DNA of 64,000 bases from Squalus acanthias. Taxonomy: Eukaryota. Below are positions 57,028-64,000 of this stretch, in pieces. The stretch covers positions 54,934,001-54,998,000 of the forward strand of contig CM059432.1 in the NCBI GenBank assembly GCA_030390025.1, written 5' to 3'. A program made the position numbers and the translations under genes. The notes under the pieces were generated by a model that had not been told where the DNA came from, did no database searches, and saw only the letters and a list, made by a program, of their open reading frames with translations. How positions within the stretch are numbered: position 1 is the first letter of the stretch; the number at the start of each line of letters is the position of its first letter.

Positions 57028-59354
57028 TAAACCTCTCCAAGTGCCCGTTAATTTTTTCCTTGATTATTGTTTCTAAAACTTTACCCACCACTGATGTTAA
57101 ACTGACCGGCCTGTAGTTACTAGGATTGTCCTTACACCCTTTCTTGAACAATGGTGTCACATTTGCTACTTTCCAATCCTCAGGCACCTCCCCCGCATCT
57201 AGGGAAGATTGGAAAATTATGGCAAGCCCTTCTGCTATCTCCTCCCCCAATTCCCTTAGCAATCTGGGATGCAAGCCATCTGGACCAGGTGAGTTATCCA
57301 CTCTAAGCATACCTAGCCTTTCTAGTACATCCTGTCTATCAATTTTCACCACTTCCATTGCTTCTACCTTTTCCACTTCTACCGATATTTTGTCAGCATC
57401 CACCTCCTTAGTAAACACCATTCCAAGGTACTCATTGAGTATTCTAGCCTTGCCCTGCGCCTCTAAGCATATAACACCTTCTTTGTCGCTAATAGGCCCC
57501 ACCCCGCCTCTTACTATGCACTTACTGTTTACATGCCGGTAGAAGATTTTTGGGTTCCCTTTTACATTAACTGCCATTCTACTCTCATTCTCTTTTGCCA
57601 ATCTTATTTTCATCTTCACTTCCCCTCTCAACTTATTGTATTTGGTCTGGTTCTCCTTTGAAGAATTCATCTGACATGCATCATACACCCTCTTTTTTTG
57701 TTTCATCATCTTCTCTATCTCCCTCGTCATCCAAGGAGCCCTTGCTTTGGCTCCCTTACCCTTCCCTCTTGTTGGAATGTACCTAGCCTATACTTGGAAC
57801 ATCTCCTCCTTAAAGATCACCCATTGTTCTGTTACAGTTTTTCCTGTCAGTCTTTGGTTCCATTTTACCCTGGCTAGATCCTTTTGCATCCCATTGAAGT
57901 TAGCCCTATTCCAGTTTAGAAGTTCCACTCTAGATTGTTCCTTGCTCCTCTCCATTGCTAATCTAAATCTTATGATACGATGATCACTCGTACCCAAGTG
58001 TTCTCCCACAGACACTTGGTCGACCTGGCCCACCTCATTCCCCAGCACCAGATCCAGCAATGCCTCCTTCCTAGTTGGGCCAACAACATACTGGTCAAGG
58101 AAAGTCTCCTGAACACATTTCAGAAATTCCTCCCCCTCCTTTCCCTTTACCCTAGCATTATCCCAATCGATATTTGGGTAATTAAAGTCCCCCAATATCA
58201 CCACTCTATAGCTCTTGCATATCTCTGCGATTTCCCTGCAGATTTGCTCCTCTACCTCCCTCTCACTATTTGGAGGCCTATAGAATGCCCCCAATAGCGG
58301 GATCATACCCTTTTTGCTCCTCAACTCTAACCAAATGGATTCTGTCCTTGTCCCCTCAATAACATCCTCCTTTTCCAACACTACAATGTCTTCCTTAATC
58401 AGCACTGCCACCCCACCTCCCTTTTTTCCTTCCCTATCTTTTCTGAACACCTTGTACCCTTGAATATTAAGTGCCCAGTCCTCACCGTTTTTAAGCCACA
58501 TTTCTGTTATTGCCACAACATCATATTGCCACACGGCTAATTGTGCTTGTAGCTCGCCAACCTTATTCACCACACTTTGTGCGTTAATGTACATGCATTC
58601 TAAACCCATTTTTGAATTTTTCGTAGTCTTTCTTGGCCTGCTCCTATCTAATATGGTACTACTTCCGCCTCTGGTACTACTTTCTTCTCTAGTACTATCC
58701 AACACACTCACTCTTTTACGCCCCTTATTCCTCTTTTCTACTCCTATATGCTGGTGCCCATCCCCCTGCCAAGCTAGTTTAAACCCTCCCCAACAGCACT
58801 AACAAACCTCCCCGCGAGAATATTGGTCCCAGCTCTGTTGAGGTGTAACCCATCCGGCTTGTACAGGTCCCACCTTCCCTAGAAACAGTCCCAATGCATC
58901 AGTAATCTAAAGCCCTCCCTCCTGCGCCATCTATCCAACCACGCATTTATCTGTTCTATCCTCCTATTCCTGTACTCACTAGCACGTGGCACCGGGAGTA
59001 TTCCGGAGATTACTACCTTTGAGGTCCTGCTTTTTAATCTCTCTCCTAGCTTCCTAAACACTGCCTACAGGACCTCATCCCTGTTTCTTCCTATGTCGTT
59101 GGTACCGATATGGACAATGACCTCTGGCTGTTCACCCTCTCCCCTTCAGAGTGTCCTGCAGCCGCTCAGTGACATCCTTGACCCTGGCACCAGGGAGGCA
59201 ACATACCATCCTGGAGTCACGTCTGCGGCCACAAAAACACATGTCTGCTCCCCTAACTATCGAATCCCCTACCACTATTGCTCTTCCACTCTTTTTCCTC
59301 CCCCCCACTCCCCCGTGCAGCTGAGCCACCTGTGGTGCTGTGGACTTGTCTCTG

Positions 59355-60188
59355 GCTTCTTCTTAGGCAGTCCCTTGGAACCGAGGATGACTTGCTTCCA
59401 CATTAAAAATGAGTTCGTAGGTGACTGATGAGTCCAATGCGGGACCTACAGTCTCTGCCACAGGTGGGGCAGACGGTGGTTGAAGGGGCAGGTGGGTGGG
59501 GTGCTTGGGTTGACGTGCGCTGCCTGCGTTTGGCTTCCACTTGCTCCCAGCGAAGAGACTCGAGGTATTCGGTGCCTTCCCGGATGCTTCTCCTCCACTT
59601 TGTGCGGTCTTGGGCCAGGGATTCCCAGGTGTCGGTGGGGATGTTGCACTTTTTCAAGGAGGCTTTGAGGGTGTCCTTGAAGCGTTTCCTCTACCCACCT
59701 GGGGTTCTCTTGCCGTGCCGGAGCTCCGAGTAGTGCGCTTGTTTTGGGAGTCTCGTATCGGGCATGTGGACAATGTGACCTGTCCATCGGAGCTGATCGA
59801 GCGTGGTCAAAGCTTCGATGCTGGGGATGTTGGCCTGAGCAAGAACACTGACGTTGGTGCGCCTATCCTGCCAATGGATTTGCAGGATCTTGCGGAGGCA
59901 GCGTTGGTGGTACCTCTCCAGTGCTTTGAGGTGCCTGCTGTACATGGTCCATGTCTCTGAGTCATACAGCAGGGCGGGTATCACTGCTGCTCTGTAGACC
60001 ATGAGCTTAGTGCCGAGTTTGAGGTCCTGGTCTTCAAACACTCTCTTCCTCAGGCAACCGAAGGCTGCACTGGCACACTGAAGGCGGTGTTGGACTTCGA
60101 CGTCTGCCCTTGTTGACAGTAGGCTCCCGAGGTATGGAAAGTGGTCCACGTTGTCCAAGGCCTTGTCGTGGATTTTGATAATTTTGAT
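59355..60188 (-). mobile_element. RTE-clade LINE 3' fragment inserted in CR1 ORF1
   Basis: VDHFPYLGS, ALLYDSETWT, CLRKILQIHWQD, LRWTGHIVHMPDTRLPKQ; C-terminal CPTCGRDCRSRIGLISHLRTH; tail agggactgcctaagaagaa. Confidence 0.88.
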
Positions 60189-60949
60189 AGAGTGTCCTGC
60201 AGTTGCTCAGTGACATCCTTGACCCTGGCACCAGGGAGGCAACATACCATCCTGGAGTCACGTCTGCGGCCGCAAAAACACATGTCTGCTCCCCTAACTA
60301 TCGAATCCCCTACCACTATTGCTCTTCCACTCTTTTTCCTCCCCCCCGCCGTGCAGCTGAGCCACCCGTGGTGCCGTGGACTTGTCTCTGGCTTCTTCTT
60401 AGGCAGTCCCTCGGAACCGAGGATGCTGCACTCCCCACCAGAACACGGAACACAATACTGGTTGGAGAGTGAGATGCACTCCGGGGACTCCTACACTACC
60501 TGCCTGGTCCTCCTCTTCTGTCTGGCGGTCACCCATTCCCTCTCTGTCTGCACACTCTTAAGCTGTGGGGTGACTACCTCCAGAAACGTGCTCTCAGCTA
60601 GCGATGCCCAGATTCCATGAACGAATAAAAAAAAAGAGAGGTTTTTGAAATCACATTTTATTGGACTTGTTGACTTAAAAGCTGACAACTTTCATTTGGC
60701 TGTATAATTAAAACATCTAGCTTACAATTATAGGTTTGATTGAAGGGTTATGGTCCTTTAAAAAGGAATGCCTATCCTCACAGGTTCTCATCTGAAAGAA
60801 TTATTGGGGTATGCTATGAGTCACTAAGAATTGGCAGCAACTCTTGAAATTCAGTTTAGATCAAAATGCATATGCTAAAGATTATACTTATTCTGTTCTA
60901 CAAGTATGTCAGCGCAACAAATTAAAAAAACAACAAGATAATGTTTATG

Positions 60950-61874
60950 ATAGCAAAATACTGCAGATGCTGGAAATCCGAAATAACAACAGAAAACGCT
61001 GGAAAAACTCAGCAGGCCAGGCAGCATCCGTGGAGAGAGAAAGAGAGTTGACGTTTCAGGTCGATGACCTTTCATCAGAACTGGGAAGAGCTGGAAATCA
61101 AATAGATTTAAGGCCAGGGTAAAGCTGGGAAAAGGGGGAGGGGATAAAGGAACAAAGGAGGAGATGAAGAGACATTAAGAGACATTAAGAGATATGCAAG
61201 GCTAGAGGTGGTGTTAATGTGACAGATTAAGGCTGAATGAAGTGTGAAATCTACTGGCAGAATGAAGGACAGCTGCCAGCTTCTAGGAGGAAAAAAAAGG
61301 TGGGGGGGACAAATAAAAGGGTAGATAAAATAAAATATAAATGTGATTGGAGCTGAGGTTATGATCTAAAATTGTTGAACTCGATATTGAGTCCAGAGGG
61401 CTGTAGCGTGCCTAAACGAAAGATGAGGTGCTGTTCCTCGAGCTCGAGGAACAGCACCTCATCTTTCGTTTAGGCACGCTACAGCCCTCTGGACTCAATA
61501 TCGAGTTCAACAATTTTAGATCATAACCTCAGCTCCAATCACATTTATATTTTATTTTATCTACCCTTTTATTTGTCCCCCCCACCTTTTTTTTCCTCCT
61601 AGAAGCTGGCAGCTGTCCTTCATTCTGCCAGTAGATTTCACACTTCATTCAGCCTTAATCTGTCACATTAACACCACCTCTAGCCTTGCATATCTCTTAA
61701 TGTCTCTTAATGTCTCTTCATCTCCTCCTTTGTTCCTTTATCCCCTCCCCCTTTTCCCAGCTTTACCCTGGCCTTAAATCTATTTGATTTCCAGCTCTTC
61801 CCAGTTCTGATGAAAGGTCATCGACCTGAAACGTCAACTCTCTTTCTCTCTCCACGGATGCTGCCTGGCCTGCT
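60950..61874. mobile_element. Penelope-like element remnant forming a perfect palindrome (arms 61011-61442 and 61443-61874)
   Basis: Flanked by the 15-bp direct repeat aagataatgtttatg (60935-60949, 61875-61889). Encodes a GIY-YIG-type C-terminus LEEQHLIFRLGTLQPSGLNIEFNNFRS* (61443-61526) and carries a hammerhead motif. Confidence 0.88.
61803..61839 (+). ncRNA. Minimal type-I hammerhead ribozyme motif (mirror copy on the minus strand at 61046-61082)
   Basis: agtt-CTGATGA-a-aggtc-atc-gacct-GAAA-cg-TC-aact: core boxes, 5-bp stem II, 4-bp stem I, palindromic ACGT stem III. Confidence 0.8.
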
Positions 61875-62734
61875 AAGATAATGTTTATGGTGTTTCTCAG
61901 TGTATTTTATGGTGGTAGGGAAATCATGGGACTAAATGCAACAGAGTAAATCTTCCATGATTACGCTGAAAGCAGCTGCCTTTTTCATACAATTTCAGTG
62001 TAGATGAAAGCTGGGATTTTCCCTCAAACTCGGGTTTGATAATTAGGGTACAGCGAGACTTGGTGGATTGTAGACCAGGAATTTGCATACTTAGAAGTGC
62101 TTGCGGGTAGGCCAGCTGCCTTTTTTCCATTACATAATGTGGAGTGCCAACACCCAAAGTGTAGCAGCACTGTGGATGCTGAGGAATGCATTATCGATTC
62201 GTAGAGTTTTGTTCTGATACTAGAGGTTATGAAAAGATAAGCAACTCTTGTATCACTTTGGATCCAATTCAGGAATTGTGCAAAGTAAGAAAGAGATTCA
62301 CAATGAAAGAACTACACCTGAAGTGTTGGCTTGTCTGTTCTCTCTAAAGGTGCTGACTGACCTGTGTGTTTCCAGCATTTTCTATTTTTGTTTTAGAAAA
62401 CAGGTTAATTTTCTTGTATAAATATTATTTAAGATCGCAACAATTTCTGCTTCAAGACATCCATTTCTGCTTCTCTACTAGTTTGCCACAAGGCTGGCTT
62501 CCACAGACTGGATGAAGAGATTTCCAGTGTTCAGTTACAAGCTCAAACATGATTGTCTGTTGAACGATGACAGGGAGGAAGCCCTTAATTGTTAACCTGG
62601 ACAGTGAGAACTCAGGGCTAGAATTAAGCAGAGCAATCTGTCACTGATCCTAAAAGCTATATTTTTTTCACCAGAACAGTATAATTCTTTCTTATAACTG
62701 TAGTAAATGACTTCCAATAATGCACTATAAGGGT

Positions 62735-64000
62735 GGACACCTCGGGGGAGTGCAGTCTATAGCGCATCCACGGCACTGTGGGGCAAAATGACTGCACAGG
62801 GGAGCACAGCAAAGTGTAGAAGTGCAATGGTCATAGGAGATTTGATGGGGGGATAGACAGGCGGTTCTGCAATCGCCGACGTGAGTCCCGCATTGTGTGT
62901 TGCCTTCCTGGTGCCAGGGTAAAGGACATCACTGAGAGGGTGCAGAACATTTTGAGAGGGGAAAAGGGAATAGCCAGAAGTCGTGGTCCATGTGGGAACC
63001 AATGACATAGGAAGGAAAAGGGTTGAGGTCTTGCAATCAGAGTTTCAGGAGCTCGGGAGGAAATTAAAAAGCAGGACCTCAAAGGTAGTAATCTCTGGAT
63101 TATTCCCAGTGCCATGTGCTAGTGAGTATAGAAATAATAGGATAAAACAAGTTAATGTGTGGCTGGAGAAATGCTGCAGGTTGGAGGACTTCAGATTCCT
63201 GGGGCATTGGGACCACTTCTGGGGCAGGAGGGGCCTGTTCAAGGTGGACGGGTTGCACCTCAAGAGAGCTGGGACCAATGTCCTCGCAGGAAGGTTAATT
63301 AGTACTGTGGGGGAGGGTTTAAACTAATTTGACAGGGGGACAGCACCACGAAAAAACATTAGAAAGGAGGAACAAGGTGCACAGAGGGCTGGGAGAGACA
63401 AATAGCACTAAAGTAAAGAATAGTTAAGAAATAGGAGGGATCAGACGGGGGGCAAATGCGAGGCAGTCTAAGATGGGTTTGGAGTCCATGTCCGTAAATG
63501 CACGTAGCATGGTGAATAAGGTTGGTGAGCTGCAGGCACAAGTCGCCACATGGGACTATGATATAGTGGCAATATCAGAGACCTGGCTCAAAGAAGGGGT
63601 GGATTGGGAACGTAATATTCCTGGCTACAAGGTATTCAGGAAAGATAGGGAAGGAAAGAAAGGAGTGGGGTGGCAGTATTGATCAAATAAACTATTATAG
63701 CACTGGCAAGGGATGATGTAGTTGAGGGGTCAAAGATAGAATTTATTTGGTTACAATTAAGGAACAATAGAGCAGCTATTATGCTACTGAGTGTATACTA
63801 TAGGCCACCAAATAGTGGGAAGGAGATAGGGGAGCAAATTTGCTGTAGTGTAGTATTAATTGGGGTCTTCAATTATTCTAATATAGAGTGGGATAATAAC
63901 TAAAGGGCAAAGAGGGGGAGGAATTCCTGAAATGTGTACAAGAGAACTTTCTTGATCAGTATGTTTCCAGCCCAATAAGGAAGGAAGCAGTGCTGCATCT
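62735..64000 (+). mobile_element. CR1 LINE ORF1 (esterase-like) and start of ORF2 APE, running off the window
   Basis: VHVGTNDIG...DGLHL (SGNH blocks); SVNARSMVNK...AISETWL. Confidence 0.9.

Larger units (their letters stand above)
55330..60600 (-). mobile_element. Near full-length CR1 LINE (ORF1 esterase-type plus ORF2 APE-RT), fragmented, with nested SINE and RTE
   Basis: ORF1 relic AIVVGDSIVRG...CLPGARVKDV (SGNH/GDSL-like). APE ORF 57788-58711 (YINAQSV, AITEMWL, GDFNYP, SDH). RT ORFs 57011-57730, 56150-56488 and 55647-56084. 3'UTR near 55340. Confidence 0.93.

Noticed and set aside
60778..60791. ENL* resembling the C-terminus of YES1/Src-family kinases
   Set aside because: No preceding kinase sequence (YQPG) in the same exon; a three-residue match is chance.

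Overview
Repeat-dense vertebrate genomic DNA, most likely a cartilaginous fish, inferred from V-SINE/HE1-like and Deu-SINE/SacSINE-like repeats and abundant CR1 LINEs. The one confidently supported host gene is a complete 7-exon thymidylate synthase (TYMS) on the minus strand (CDS 51946 to 29576, 873 nt, 290 aa, all GT-AG introns). It has a TATA-less, CpG-rich promoter with E2F/CCAAT/CRE/ETS motifs. The rest is mostly transposable elements. These include two near-complete, oppositely oriented two-gene PIF/Harbinger transposons (DDE nuclease plus spliced Myb/SANT gene), older Harbinger relics, several 3-bp-TSD MITE families, CR1, L2 and RTE LINE fragments, and tRNA-derived SINEs. There is also a 2.1-kb perfect (AGAT)n array and Penelope-like insertions that form palindromes carrying minimal hammerhead-ribozyme motifs on both strands, one with 432-bp spacer-less arms. 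I did not find a clearly new protein-coding system. The most notable items are the ribozyme-bearing palindromes, the TYMS 5' reading-frame puzzle and the Harbinger/MITE family. All calls are by eye without database searches, and repeat boundaries without a stated TSD are approximate.
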